Assembly: GCA_963663765.2 (NCBI GenBank)
Contig: CAXXUA010000005.1
Coordinates: 992,001 to 1,056,000 of the forward strand
DNA length: 64,000 bases
Source of the DNA: Candidatus Poribacteria bacterium
Lineage (GTDB): Bacteria; Poribacteria; WGA-4E; WGA-3G
Direction of reading: 5' to 3'
The notes under the pieces are model-generated. The model made no database searches. It was not told where the DNA came from and worked only from the letters and a program-made list of their open reading frames with translations. Shown in pieces: positions 29,513-40,700 of this stretch (the first letter of the stretch is position 1; every line of letters begins with the position of its first letter). Both the position numbers and the translations under genes were made by a program.

Positions 29513-30616
29513 ATGAAGACACGTGCTGCAGTCATGTATGAACACAATCAACCTGTGATTGTTGAGGAGCTTGACATAGAGGAACCGAAAGCAAACGAGG
29601 TGCTTGTCCGTACGGCTGCAAGCGGTGTCTGCCATTCCGATTTATCGGTTGTCACGGGTGCGATCTATTACGATGCTGCAGTTGTTCTCGGACATGAGGG
29701 TGCTGGTGTTATTGAACGTGTCGGTGAACAGGTTACGGATTTCAAACAAGGTGACCATGTAATCTTGTCTTTCGTTTCATATTGTGGCGACTGCACTATG
29801 TGTCGTATGGAAAAAGTTTGTCTGTGCGAAAGTTATGATGTCCCGTACGGACTTCAGTTAGACGGCACTTATCGTCTCTATAACAGTTCTGGTGAAGCGA
29901 TCTATCAGATGGCGCGGATTGCAACGATGTCAGAATATATGGTCGTGCCAGAACAGAACCTTGTCAAAATTGACGACCACTATTCTTTAGAGCATGCAGC
30001 TCTTGTGGGATGCGGTGTTACAACAGGAGTCGGTGCCGTCCTCAACACTGCCAAAGTGAAACCCGGTAGTTCAGTAGCAGTTATTGGCACTGGCGGTGTA
30101 GGTTTAAACGTTTTACAAGGTGCAGTGCTTGCAAATGCAGAAAAGATAATCGCTGTTGATATTGCTGAGAAGAAACTTGACTTTGCGAAGAGTTTTGGAG
30201 CAACAGAAGTTGTCAACGCTGCGGAGGACGATCCAGTTGACGCGGTGCGTGAGTTGACAGAGGGTCGCGGTGTAGATTACGCGTTTGAAGTCATCGGGAA
30301 TCCAGATACTATAACACAAGCATATCGTATGGTGCGTTCCGCTGGCACAGTGGTTGTTGTCGGAATTGCCCATCATAAAAAGGAATTCAGCATCCCGGCA
30401 CAACAGTTAGTCTTCACTGAAAAACGTATCCTCGGTTCATTCTACGGTTCCTGTCAACCGCGTGTAGATATGCCGAAACTTCTCAAACTCTATACGGAAG
30501 GGAAGTTGAAGTTGGATGAATTGATTACGAAACACTATCGGCTTGACGAAATAAACGAAGCCTTCTCGGCTATGCAGGCGGGTGAAAATGCCCGCGGTAT
30601 TATCGTTTTTGATTGA
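29513..30616 (+). CDS. Zn-dependent alcohol dehydrogenase (class III-like)
   Basis: GVCHSD, GHEGAG, CGDCTMC...C, GCGVTTG, GTGGVG. Confidence 0.92.
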   Translation: MKTRAAVMYEHNQPVIVEELDIEEPKANEVLVRTAASGVCHSDLSVVTGAIYYDAAVVLGHEGAGVIERVGEQVTDFKQGDHVILSFVSYCGDCTMCRMEKVCLCESYDVPYGLQLDGTYRLYNSSGEAIYQMARIATMSEYMVVPEQNLVKIDDHYSLEHAALVGCGVTTGVGAVLNTAKVKPGSSVAVIGTGGVGLNVLQGAVLANAEKIIAVDIAEKKLDFAKSFGATEVVNAAEDDPVDAVRELTEGRGVDYAFEVIGNPDTITQAYRMVRSAGTVVVVGIAHHKKEFSIPAQQLVFTEKRILGSFYGSCQPRVDMPKLLKLYTEGKLKLDELITKHYRLDEINEAFSAMQAGENARGIIVFD

Positions 30617-30675
30617 CATTTTCTCTATTTATAACGCAAGCTACTCCTAATTTAACGTTGGATGACACACAACAA

Positions 30676-31452
30676 ATGAAGTCTGTACACACATCTGTCC
30701 GCGATCAATTTAGCCAACATGCAGAATATTACGCGCAGAGCAGCGTGCATGCAAAAGGACAAACTCTTCAAGTTATTCTTGACTTAGCGGATCCAAAAGG
30801 CACGGAAAAAACGTTAGATATTGCGACAGGCACGGGTTTTACAGCGTTCGCGCTTGCCCCCAAAGTTTCCGATGTCGTTGCGACAGACCTAACACCAGAG
30901 ATGGTTGGGAAGGCAGCTGAGTTAGCACAAGAACAAGCGATAAATAACATCGCATTTTCTGTTGCTGCAGCAGAGTCCTTACCGTTTTCAACTTCCTCAT
31001 TTGATTTAGTTACCTGCCGTCTTGCACCTCACCATTTTCAAGATGTACCCAAGTTTTTAGGGGAGGTGCATCGTGTTTTACGAACAGATGGGTGTTTCTG
31101 CCTTGTAGATTCAGTTTCACCAGAATCGGAGAAGTTAATAACGTGGCAGAATCGTGTAGAAAAATTACGTGATGATTCGCATGTGTATGGGTATCCTCCC
31201 TCTCAGTGGGATAAAATGATTGTGGATGCTGGATTTGATATTGCTGAGACAGCACACACTCGCAATGCGCAGATGTCGTTTTTGTGGTGGGTGCGTCCAC
31301 ATAAGAATCCTTCGGAAGTGGTGCAGGAAATCCGAGATGCTTTCTCGGAACTCTCACATGATGATGCTGAAAAGTATTATACGTTGGAATCGGCAGGGGA
31401 TGATTTCTATTTTTCTTGGCCGATGTATGCTGTCAAAGCAAAAAGGAGATAA
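30676..31452 (+). CDS. Class I SAM-dependent methyltransferase
   Basis: LDIATGTG, ATDLTPEM, AESLPF, FDLVTCRLAPHHF; ATG 30676 is the likely start. Confidence 0.88.
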   Translation: MKSVHTSVRDQFSQHAEYYAQSSVHAKGQTLQVILDLADPKGTEKTLDIATGTGFTAFALAPKVSDVVATDLTPEMVGKAAELAQEQAINNIAFSVAAAESLPFSTSSFDLVTCRLAPHHFQDVPKFLGEVHRVLRTDGCFCLVDSVSPESEKLITWQNRVEKLRDDSHVYGYPPSQWDKMIVDAGFDIAETAHTRNAQMSFLWWVRPHKNPSEVVQEIRDAFSELSHDDAEKYYTLESAGDDFYFSWPMYAVKAKRR

Positions 31453-31455
31453 GAA

Positions 31456-32379
31456 ATGTTGTTCCAAAATAGAATTCTTACTAACAATGTGCCACGCAAA
31501 AAACAGATATCAAAAATAGTTAGATTTTTCACAATTCCTTGCATATCAGTCGTATTGTTTATCGGTTGTAGAACGCCGAATCCTGATGCCAACAACGCTA
31601 AGGACGATATAACGGACATGGTCTTGATTCCCGCGGGTGAATTTGAGATGGGAAACAATGACACTGATGAGTTTGGACCACACGGACCGCAGGAAAACGA
31701 AAGTCCGGTACATACTGTCTATGTGGACGCGTTTTACATAGACAAATACGAGGTGACGAATGCTGACTTCAAAAAGTTTCTTGATGCTAATCCGAAGTTT
31801 CATAAGAACCCTATTGCACCAAGGGTCAACAGTAAGAATTCTTCACCGTTCGAATGGATAGGAAACAATTATCCAGAAGGTCAAGGTAATTATCCTGTTC
31901 ATGCAACATGGCATGAGGCGATGGCTTATGCCACGTGGGCAGGTAAAAGGCTACCGACAGAAGCGGAATGGGAAAAGGCAGCACGCGGCGGTCTGAAAAA
32001 TAAAATATATCCGACGGGTGATTCAATCAATACCAGTATGGCAAATTACGAGGTTAATCATTCCACATTCCCTGTAGGGTCATACGCTCCTAACGGTTTT
32101 GGTCTGTATGATATGGCTGGTAACGTGCAGGAGTGGTGTCTTGATGAGTACCAATCCGATTTTTATAAGAATTCACCGGATAAGAATCCGATTGCTGGGA
32201 CTGATAGTATCACAGATCTTATGACGAATTATAGAGTTGTAAAAAGTCCACGCATCTTGCGTGGTGGTGGATGGGTTTTTGGACCTGCTTATGTTACAGT
32301 TTCAAGACGTTATAGTCAACCACCAGAAGAAAAAAGCCGTACGATCGGTTTTCGGTGTGTGAAACAGGTGAAACGTTAG
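31456..32379 (+). CDS. FGE-sulfatase (SUMF1)-domain putative lipoprotein
   Basis: IPAGEFEMG, YEVTN, RLPTEAEWEKAARGG, GLYDMAGNVQEW, RGGGW, GFRC; lipobox-like LFIGC. Confidence 0.9.
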   Translation: MLFQNRILTNNVPRKKQISKIVRFFTIPCISVVLFIGCRTPNPDANNAKDDITDMVLIPAGEFEMGNNDTDEFGPHGPQENESPVHTVYVDAFYIDKYEVTNADFKKFLDANPKFHKNPIAPRVNSKNSSPFEWIGNNYPEGQGNYPVHATWHEAMAYATWAGKRLPTEAEWEKAARGGLKNKIYPTGDSINTSMANYEVNHSTFPVGSYAPNGFGLYDMAGNVQEWCLDEYQSDFYKNSPDKNPIAGTDSITDLMTNYRVVKSPRILRGGGWVFGPAYVTVSRRYSQPPEEKSRTIGFRCVKQVKR

Positions 32380-32410
32380 TTTTATATGCTCTTGTGTATC
32401 TGTCTGCAAA

Positions 32411-32459
32411 AAAAGTGCGATGAATTGACAATTACAAATTGCAATTCATCGCGCTTTTT
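32411..32459. terminator. Bidirectional intrinsic terminator between convergent genes
   Basis: GCGATGAATTG...CAATTCATCGC stem flanked by A and T runs. Confidence 0.7.
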
Positions 32460-32473
32460 GTTATGAAACAACA

Positions 32474-35437
32474 TTAGAATGTTTGCGTCAAACGTGCCAT
32501 TGCTAATCTTCCGATTTCTGGTGTGCCGACAAATTGCTGATGTTTGTGATTCAACAAGTTTTGTACGGTCACAGAAAATCGTGGTTTTGGACCGAGCGGG
32601 ATATCGTATCCAGCATTCAGATCTATCGTATAATAGGATTCGACTTCCCCGACATAGACACCGGAACGGACGGGAAATCCTTGTACGTATTTTGCCCGAA
32701 CCCCGACACCTAATCCGAGACCGATGTTCGTATATTGAATGCTTGTACCGAATTTATTCTTTGGTGCATTGAGTGGAATGTCCGCAAGATCGTCTACATT
32801 TTCAAACAGGTCTTTGCTGACAAACGAATAATTTGCACCAAGACTCCAACTCGGTGTGAGGAAAAACGTGAAATTCAGGTCTAATCCGTTAAGTGAAATG
32901 TCTCCGTAGTTTTGATAGGTGAGTAGAACAGCATTTGGATCCGAAGCTTGTTCGGGTGTTACGGTACCAAATGGAATTGAAGCGAATGTTGTAATCAGTT
33001 CATCAACGGGGGTACCGTTTCCGTTCCCACCTTCAGCTGGATTTTCTTCATTCGGTGCGTCCAACGTCATGAGTGCTTGTTTAACAGTAGCGTTTTCTGG
33101 TTGTTCTAATGCTGCTGCGAACTGCTCACCGAAAGCCCCTTGAATAGATGCTGCATCAAGGAATACATTGGGTGTTTCAACGAACAAAGGACCGAGGTAA
33201 TCGTTGATTCTTGTGTGATAAACATCCGCAGAAAAAGCCAGTCTATTCAGAAGAATCCCTTTGTACCCGATCTCATAAGTTTGGGTGATCGTGGATTTAA
33301 GTGGGTCTACATTGTTCACATTTTCAACATCAATAAAACTTTTTGTCTCTAGATCAAATGAGCGCAGAACGTTTTCTAACCCAACAACTTGTTCTGGTAG
33401 CAGGTTTGCGAAACCTAATGAGATATCTGCCGCCATAGATGCTGCTAATCCTGCTAACACAAGTTCTGGTATGTTTGCAAGGACTTCGGGGATCAACGTT
33501 TGAAGTTGTTCTGGTGGAATTGCGGCGATTGCACCGGGGATTTGTAATTCAGCTGGTAGTGATTGTGCGATATTCTCAGGCAGTCCTGACACTATCGCTT
33601 GTATTTCCTCTGGTGACAATCCTGCGACGATTGATGGCAAGTTCTCAGCGGTAAATGTTTTACTGAGTCCGTCATTAAAGCCGATTAAAACAGCACCACG
33701 TCCGACACCCCACATGACATTGGTAAAAACTGGATCATTGAGAGGTATGAACGCATCTGGTTCAAGATTTGCCAAGGGGGCGAAAGGTGAACGGAACAGA
33801 GGTCGTCCATTTTCACTCTTCTTGAATGTGAAACCAGTTTCGGGAGAAACACCTTGTGCCCGTATATCAATGCCGACCGTAAATGGGTCAGGTCTAGACA
33901 GAATATCAAGGAATAGGTTTGATGTGCCAGGTGTATTGAAAGCTCGGTTATAGGTGAGTCTGATGTTATGATCATCGTTTGGTTGGAATGCAAGCGCAAC
34001 CCTGGGGGACAAGTTCATGCCTTCTAAACGATCATGGTAATCTACTCTCCCCGCAGCAAGCAACTTCAGCTGTGGCAGGATTTTGGTTTCAGACTGCAAA
34101 TAACCCCCTATTTCGTTAATGGTATCATTTTCTTCATTGATCCCATTAATCGTTTCTTTAGTATCCGGTCGCGTGAGCAATACATCTAAACCATAAGTAA
34201 ACCTTTGTATATCTCCAATCGCGTAGCTATGTTGTATTTGTCCTACGTATAGTTTTGAATTGTCAAAGGTTGGCATCCCGCTCTGCAAAACGTACGTATC
34301 CCCGGCATCGCTGAGATTCAAGAATGCTTGTGCAAATAGGTCTTTATATATGAAACGTGCTTGTGCATACCCGTAATTCCAATTTTTTGCTTGCCCCGCA
34401 CCGATTCCGGTCAACTCAATACCGGAGGCTTGTGTTAAACCACTGGCGAGAATCATGGTTATATCATCGTTGGGGCTATAGTCAACACGGAATTCGCCTC
34501 GGGCATGTGAGGTATCAAATAACGGTTCTAGTTCCCCTTCAACGTCTTCTGCTAAACGTCCTTCTTCCCAATCATCTCCTCGGGTATAATTGGCTGTCAG
34601 TTTATAACCGATGGTATTATTGATAACACCTGCATGGCGAAGTGAACCAGTGAATATACGTCGTTCACCGCCGCCGACACTGATAGTCGTGCCTTGTGAA
34701 GTGAATGGAGAACGGGTTAGAATGTGCATCACACCGTTGGCACTGTTTGGACCATACAACGCTGCGCCAGGTCCTGAGACGACTTCAATTTGCTCAATAT
34801 CTTCAGAAATGGTAGGTATAAGCGTGTAAGCATTCACGCGGAGCGAAGGGACACTTGCGATCCGATTGTCTACAAGCGATAGAAGGTTGCCAGAAAATAC
34901 ATTGTTGAAACCTCGGACAACAACGTACGCGGTGCCTATACCTGACGTTACAACATCTACAGCACGCAAAGATTTTAGGTGTTCTGTAACACTCAGGGCC
35001 ACTCGGTCTTGAATTTGTGAATCGTCAACAAGTGCCACCGATGCTGGTGCTTCAAGTACTTTCTCTTTTCGACGTGATGCTGTTACGGATACTTGGTCAA
35101 GTTCGATAATTTCTGAAGAGAGTGTGACTTCAACAGACTTTGTTTCGTCTGGAACAAGTTCAACGTCTGTTATCTGATTTTCAGCGTAACCTTTTGCAGT
35201 TGCGGTGATTGTGTAGATTCCCGCGGTTAAATTAGCCAATTTGAGTGTGCCGTTTGCGTCGCTAACACCCCTAGTAGTATCACCTGTTTGGGGTTTGACG
35301 ATAACGGTAACATTGTTGAGTTTATTTCCAGTTTGGGCGTCCGTTATTGTGATGTCTAACGTAGCAGCGATTGCTATATTCGAAACAGTGCATAATAAAA
35401 CCAACAACGTTATACTAATTGGTCCCAATCGTTTCAT
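32474..35437 (-). CDS. TonB-dependent receptor with N-terminal carboxypeptidase-regulatory-like domain
   Basis: Signal peptide, VSVTASRR TonB-box region, VRGFN, IEVVSGPGAALYG plug, TVQNLLN, C-terminal Phe. Confidence 0.93.
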   Translation of the reverse strand: MKRLGPISITLLVLLCTVSNIAIAATLDITITDAQTGNKLNNVTVIVKPQTGDTTRGVSDANGTLKLANLTAGIYTITATAKGYAENQITDVELVPDETKSVEVTLSSEIIELDQVSVTASRRKEKVLEAPASVALVDDSQIQDRVALSVTEHLKSLRAVDVVTSGIGTAYVVVRGFNNVFSGNLLSLVDNRIASVPSLRVNAYTLIPTISEDIEQIEVVSGPGAALYGPNSANGVMHILTRSPFTSQGTTISVGGGERRIFTGSLRHAGVINNTIGYKLTANYTRGDDWEEGRLAEDVEGELEPLFDTSHARGEFRVDYSPNDDITMILASGLTQASGIELTGIGAGQAKNWNYGYAQARFIYKDLFAQAFLNLSDAGDTYVLQSGMPTFDNSKLYVGQIQHSYAIGDIQRFTYGLDVLLTRPDTKETINGINEENDTINEIGGYLQSETKILPQLKLLAAGRVDYHDRLEGMNLSPRVALAFQPNDDHNIRLTYNRAFNTPGTSNLFLDILSRPDPFTVGIDIRAQGVSPETGFTFKKSENGRPLFRSPFAPLANLEPDAFIPLNDPVFTNVMWGVGRGAVLIGFNDGLSKTFTAENLPSIVAGLSPEEIQAIVSGLPENIAQSLPAELQIPGAIAAIPPEQLQTLIPEVLANIPELVLAGLAASMAADISLGFANLLPEQVVGLENVLRSFDLETKSFIDVENVNNVDPLKSTITQTYEIGYKGILLNRLAFSADVYHTRINDYLGPLFVETPNVFLDAASIQGAFGEQFAAALEQPENATVKQALMTLDAPNEENPAEGGNGNGTPVDELITTFASIPFGTVTPEQASDPNAVLLTYQNYGDISLNGLDLNFTFFLTPSWSLGANYSFVSKDLFENVDDLADIPLNAPKNKFGTSIQYTNIGLGLGVGVRAKYVQGFPVRSGVYVGEVESYYTIDLNAGYDIPLGPKPRFSVTVQNLLNHKHQQFVGTPEIGRLAMARLTQTF

Positions 35438-35922
35438 TATAGTATCTCCTATATGTAATAATAAGGTTTAACATTTTTGACAATATGTAGCATTTCACGA
35501 ACTAAATACTCTAACAAAGGCATTTTTTGCATATTTCAGTATGTTTGAAACACGTAAATTAAGCGTTAGTATCACAAAATACTCAAAAAATGTCAAATAT
35601 ATTCTTATTTTGTATTTTTGTTGTCTGAACCAGGATTTTCAGGAATATAGGATTTTCAGGATTTTTCAGAGCGGTAACATGCTGCATTATTAAACGGGTT
35701 ACTCTTACATGTAATCTACCACAATAATACACCTGTAATTGTGAAACAATATTTTACAATTAATTATTTCGCACAACTCGTTATTTCACTTTATTAAACT
35801 ATAGTTTGGACAGTTTCTATCTGTTTCAAGTTTAGTGGTTGACTCGTCAAGATTTTATGATATAATTCTTCTATCTATCGGATCAAAAACTATTAGGTCA
35901 AAAAATGGAGAGGAGAATTTAG

Positions 35923-37151
35923 ATGGGAAAACGAATACATCATATTCGTGAGGTCAATGAGGAAGAAAACGCTGAATTGAGGAGACTTGCGAGTTCACGA
36001 ACGCACTCCTATCGGATGGTGCAGCGTGCGAAATTGATTGTTAGTATGCTTGATGACGAGACACTCACAGCCACCCAAGCCGCACAACAGGTAGGTTTCA
36101 AATCAAGCAACTCCGGTGCGTGTTGGGTCAAACGCTTCAATGAAGATGGTATTCCGGGACTTTCCGATAAACCGAAAAGTGGTAAGCCACGCATCCATTC
36201 AGATGAGGTGCGGGGGCAACTGATAGATTTAGCGTTGCGAAAACCGCGCAGTCTCGGTTATCCATTTGAGTTGTGGACACTCGTCCGGTTGCAAACTGCA
36301 TTTAAAGAAAGAACAGGTATTCATCTTTCTGATTCAACAATCTGGGAGTGGTTTAAAGAAGAGGGATTGCGTTGGAAACGTCAACAAAGTTGGTTTCGTG
36401 AAACGGAGAAGCAAGACGAAGAGTTTGTAGAAAAAAGGGGGCCGTTATAGCGGCGTATCGTTCCCCGCCACCTAAGACGCGTGTTATCTGTATTGATGAG
36501 ATGGGACCGATAAGCGCTAAAACGTATCCGGGCGAAGTTTGGCAACGAGGTGTGGGTCGTGCGACCTTTGAACCGGACTATGGTCGTCGTGGTAAAGTGT
36601 GGGTTCATGGTGCGTTTGAACCTGCGACGGGTCAGGCGGAAATAGTGGTTTCAGAGAGCAGGGATAGTGCAAGTCATATAGCATTGCTTGAGAAAATCAT
36701 AGAGAAGTTTCCATCAGACAAGTGGCTTTTGATTGAAGACAATCTTTCTACTCACCATAGTCGTGATGTAAAAACCGCATTATTGGCGTGGCCGGAGGTA
36801 GGTGTTCAGTTTATTCCGAAATATGCGTGTTGGTTAAACCTGATAGAACCTTGGTGGAAACAACTCATACCCAATTAATGTGTTTATCTTGTTAAGTGTG
36901 CGTTTAGGAAACCGCACCTACCGTCGGAAAAAGACATATTCCGTTAATTTGGTATCAGATCACTGGCAATGAAAGGGAGAAAGTTTGAGACACAAGATGA
37001 ACTAATCGAATCCATTGAGAGCGCGGTGTGTTGGTGGAATGCCCATAAACACCCTTACCATTGGAAGAAAAACCCACAAGAGCAACCGAGATACAAGTTA
37101 GAACCCTATGGAACTTCAATTGAAGATATATCGCAAATACTTAAAGAGTGA
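35923..37151 (+). pseudogene. IS630 transposase: HTH ORF, -1 frameshift into the DDE ORF, disrupted by a MITE
   Basis: HTH ORF 35923-36450 ends at AAAAAAGGGGG. DDE frame CIDE...EDNLSTH...WLNLIEPWW. Removing 36868-36957 restores WWKQLRSLAMKGRKF. Confidence 0.88.
36868..36954. mobile_element. 87-bp MITE with REP cargo inserted in the IS630 transposase
   Basis: TIRs TACCCAATTAA / TTAATTTGGTA, TCA target duplication, internal GTGCGTTTAGGAAACCGCACCTAC hairpin. Confidence 0.85.
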
Positions 37152-37202
37152 ACCACTAAAGAGGATGTACTATGACGTTTTCTATAAACATATCGTCCCT
37201 AC

Positions 37203-37236
37203 CAAATCAACGCCAAATGCGCGTATGGCATTTGTC
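37203..37236 (-). mobile_element. Element E variant inserted in a CGTCCCTAC|GGGAC palindrome
   Basis: Minus strand GACAAATGCCATACGCGCATTTGGCGTTGATTTG; removal restores GTCCCTACGGGAC. Confidence 0.65.
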
Positions 37237-37423
37237 GGGACTGAAGATCGTTTCAAACTATGAAGGACACCTGCAAAACGTCATGCCTATGTGAAACAAT
37301 GATTAACATATAGTTATTTAGCACAACTCGCTAAGTTGACACCTATGCGGCGGGGCACAGAGACCCCGCCCTACAATGGAGAATGAGCAGTTTGTGCAAA
37401 AACTTTACACACCCCAACACGAC

Positions 37424-37543
37424 CAGGGTTATTCAGTTTTCCTAATGTTCGGATATTTCAAAATGAAACCCCGTGGTAGGAGCAACCTCCCGCTCGCGTT
37501 TTTCTCAGGAAACGTGTAAAATGGGTAGAACTAAATAACACCG
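37424..37543. mobile_element. MITE family A copy 2
   Basis: CAGGGTTATTCAGTTTT / AGAACTAAATAACACCG; interior colinear with 5442-5563; degenerate 9-bp flanks CAACACGAC/CATTACGAC. Confidence 0.75.
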
Positions 37544-37561
37544 CATTACGACAAAATATTG

Positions 37562-37591
37562 TTGACGAATCACCACAATTTAAGGTATACT
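37562..37591 (+). promoter_or_regulatory. sigma70-like promoter upstream of gltB
   Basis: TTGACG-18 bp-TATACT. Confidence 0.45.
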
Positions 37592-37749
37592 ATTAATTGT
37601 TGAAAAAAATGAAAAATACAGAATTAAGAGGCAAAAATGCCTATACGTCTACATTAGACGCAGTATCCATGACCTAATAACGCTTTATTCATTTTATATA
37701 TATTTAACGGATACTCAACACATTGATTACTTGGAGTATGATCTGACAA

Positions 37750-40700
37750 ATGGACCAATATTTATATGAGAAAGATGCCTGTGGAGTCGGTTTTATAGCA
37801 AACATCTCAGGGAGTCGTAGCCATGAAATCTTGAAAATGGCAATACAAGCAGTTACAAATTTGACACATCGTGGTGCCGTAGCTGCTGATGCAAAAACCG
37901 GAGACGGTGCAGGTATATTGACACAGATTCCGGAGAAATTATTTAGAAAAGAAGTTGATAAGTTTGAAGCACATGTAGATTCAATTGATGATCTTGCTGT
38001 CGGTATGATTTTCCTACCGCAAAATGACATTGTCGCGCAAAAACGAGGGCGCGAAATCGTTACTAACATTTTACAGCAATACGGATGTCCGCTTATAGGA
38101 TGGCGTTCTGTTCCTACTGATGTCTCTGCTCTCGGAGAAAAGGCGTTAGCAACACTGCCGATGATACAGCAAGTCCTTATTGGTAGACCACCCCGAATCT
38201 CATCCGACAAGTTTGAAAGACACCTATATCTTATCTGTAAAGAATTAGAACATCGGATCACTGAAGAACAACTTGATGGGTTTCACATCACATCCTTCTC
38301 ACACCAAACCATCGTATATAAAGGACTGCTTGTAGCTCCACAACTTGCAACATTTTATTCTGATTTACAGAATCCTGACTTTGAAGCGGCATTAGCTGTG
38401 TTTCATCAACGGTATAGTACGAACACTTCACCAACATGGTCACTTGCACAACCTTTTAGAATGCTTGCACACAACGGTGAAATTAACACATTGATGGGAA
38501 ACAGGAACTGGATGCGCGCCCGAGAGGCAGAATTAAACTCACCTGTCTGGAATGAGGATATCAAGAAACTCGTCCCAATTATCAATCCACTTGGTAGTGA
38601 TTCTATGAGCCTTGATAACGTCTTAGAGTTGCTGGCACATTCCGACTACAGCATCCTCCAATCAATGATGCGTTTAATCCCTGAGGCTTATGAGCAGATA
38701 CCCGATATGCCACCCGCATTGAAAGCATGTTACGAATACTTATCCTGCGTGAGTGAACCGTGGGACGGTCCCGCAGCTGTTGCTTTCACAGATGGAAACA
38801 TTGTCGGCGCAAGTTTAGACAGAAACGGCCTAAGACCCGCAAGATATAAAGTAACCGATGATGGACTTGTTGTCATGGGATCGGAAGTCGGCATTATTGA
38901 ATTGGACGATAGTCGTGTCGTCAGAAAGGGACGATTAGGTCCAGGACAGATGATCGCTGTTGATACTAACAAGGGACGATTACTCACAGATACAGACATA
39001 AAGCACGAAGTCGCACATCAAAAACCTTATGCAAATTGGGTAGAACAGACAATAAACTTAGATGATTTGAAACCCAAATCTTTAGGTTCAACTACACCCG
39101 TACCTGATGATCTGGATAAATATCAAAAAGCATTCGGTTATATGATTGAAGATGTGGAACGTTTCATCAAACCTATGGTCTTGCAGGCAAAGGAAGCTGT
39201 CGGGTCAATGGGTGATGATGCTCCGCCTGCTGTAATTTCAAAGCACCCGCGTTTGCTTTACCACTATTTTAAACAACTTTTTGCCCAAGTAACTAATCCT
39301 CCGATCGATTCACTCCGTGAACGATTGGTTATGTCTTTAACAACCCGCCTGGGAAGACGACGTAGCATCCTTACCGAGACTGAAAAACATGCCTATCTAA
39401 TACGTTTGAATTCACCAATACTGACAAATGAAGAATTGGAAGCTTTGAAACAGCACGACAATGCTGAATTCAAGCATGTTACAATACCTGTCCATTTTCC
39501 TGTTGCTTCTGGAATACAAGGTTTGGAAACTGCACTTGATACGTTGTGTAATAAAGTGATTGATGCAGTAACAGCTGGAAATACGCTTCTGATTCTGAGT
39601 GATAGAGATGTAAATGCTGACAACTCACCTATTCCGATGTTGCTTGCTGTCGGTGCAGTACATCATCATCTCATTAGAGAAGGCAAACGCATGCAGGTCA
39701 GTTTGATTGTTGAAGCGGGAGATCCACGTGAAGAACATCATTATGCCGTACTACTGGGATACGGTGCTGATGCCATCAATCCATACCTGGTCTTCTCTAC
39801 AATCCTTCATCTTGGAGAAAACAACGAATTTGAAGATCTAACGACAGAACAAGCGATCTTGAACTATCAGGAAGCCGTTGAAAAAGGCATTTTGAAGATA
39901 ATGGCAAAGATGGGTATATCCACAGTGTCAAGTTATCGAGGCGCACAGATTTTTGAGGCAATCGGAATCAATTCAACCGTAATTGATCGGTGTTTTACTG
40001 GAACACCGTCAAGGTTAGGTGGAATCGGTTTTGAACACATCGCCGCGGAAACACTCCATTTCCATACAAAAGCCTTTGGCGCAACTGATGATAGAAAAAC
40101 ATTACAAGAAGCAGGTTATTTCCGTTTCCGAAGACATGGCGAATTTCACGCATTTAACCCTACAGTATTCAAAGCAATGCACAAATTCGTCAAGAGTGGC
40201 GAAACAGCAGATTATACAGAATATGCTCAAGCCGTTGAAGTGGGTGAACCATCAAGCTTACGAGATTTACTCGATTTCAAACCCGCCACACCAATCCCAA
40301 TTGAGGAAGTTGAACCAGCTGAAGATATCGTACGCCGTTTCACTACAGGAAGCATGTCCTTCGGTGCATTAAGCCGAGAAACCCATGAAACATTAGCAAT
40401 CGCTATGAACCGACTCGGTGCAAAATCGGGAAGTGGTGAAGGTGGAGAAGATAGCGGACGGTTTGAAAGACAACCGAATGGAGACCTTGCATCAAGCGCT
40501 ATCAAACAGGTCGCATCAGGACGTTTTGGCGTAACACCACAATACCTTGCATCAGCACGGGAATTAGAGATCAAAATGGCACAAGGATCCAAACCTGGAG
40601 AAGGTGGACAAATTCCGGGACACAAAGTAACTTTGGAAATCGCAAAGATTCGTCACTCAATTCCAGGTGTACCGCTAATTTCTCCACCACCACATCACGA

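Larger units (their letters stand above)
35833..37158 (+). mobile_element. IS630-family insertion sequence (interrupted)
   Basis: Imperfect ~30-bp TIRs TAGTGGTTGACTCGTCAAG / CTTAAAGAGTGAACCACTA with TA at both ends; internal promoter TTGACT-16-TATAAT. Confidence 0.9.

Noticed and set aside
31456-32379. Diversity-generating retroelement target (FGE/CLec fold)
   Set aside because: No reverse transcriptase or template repeat was seen in the window.
36969-37151. Independent 60-aa gene
   Set aside because: It is the C-terminus of the IS630 transposase, separated by the MITE.
37600-37749. Glutamine riboswitch upstream of gltB
   Set aside because: Only small hairpins are present, and the glnA-motif consensus was not recognised.
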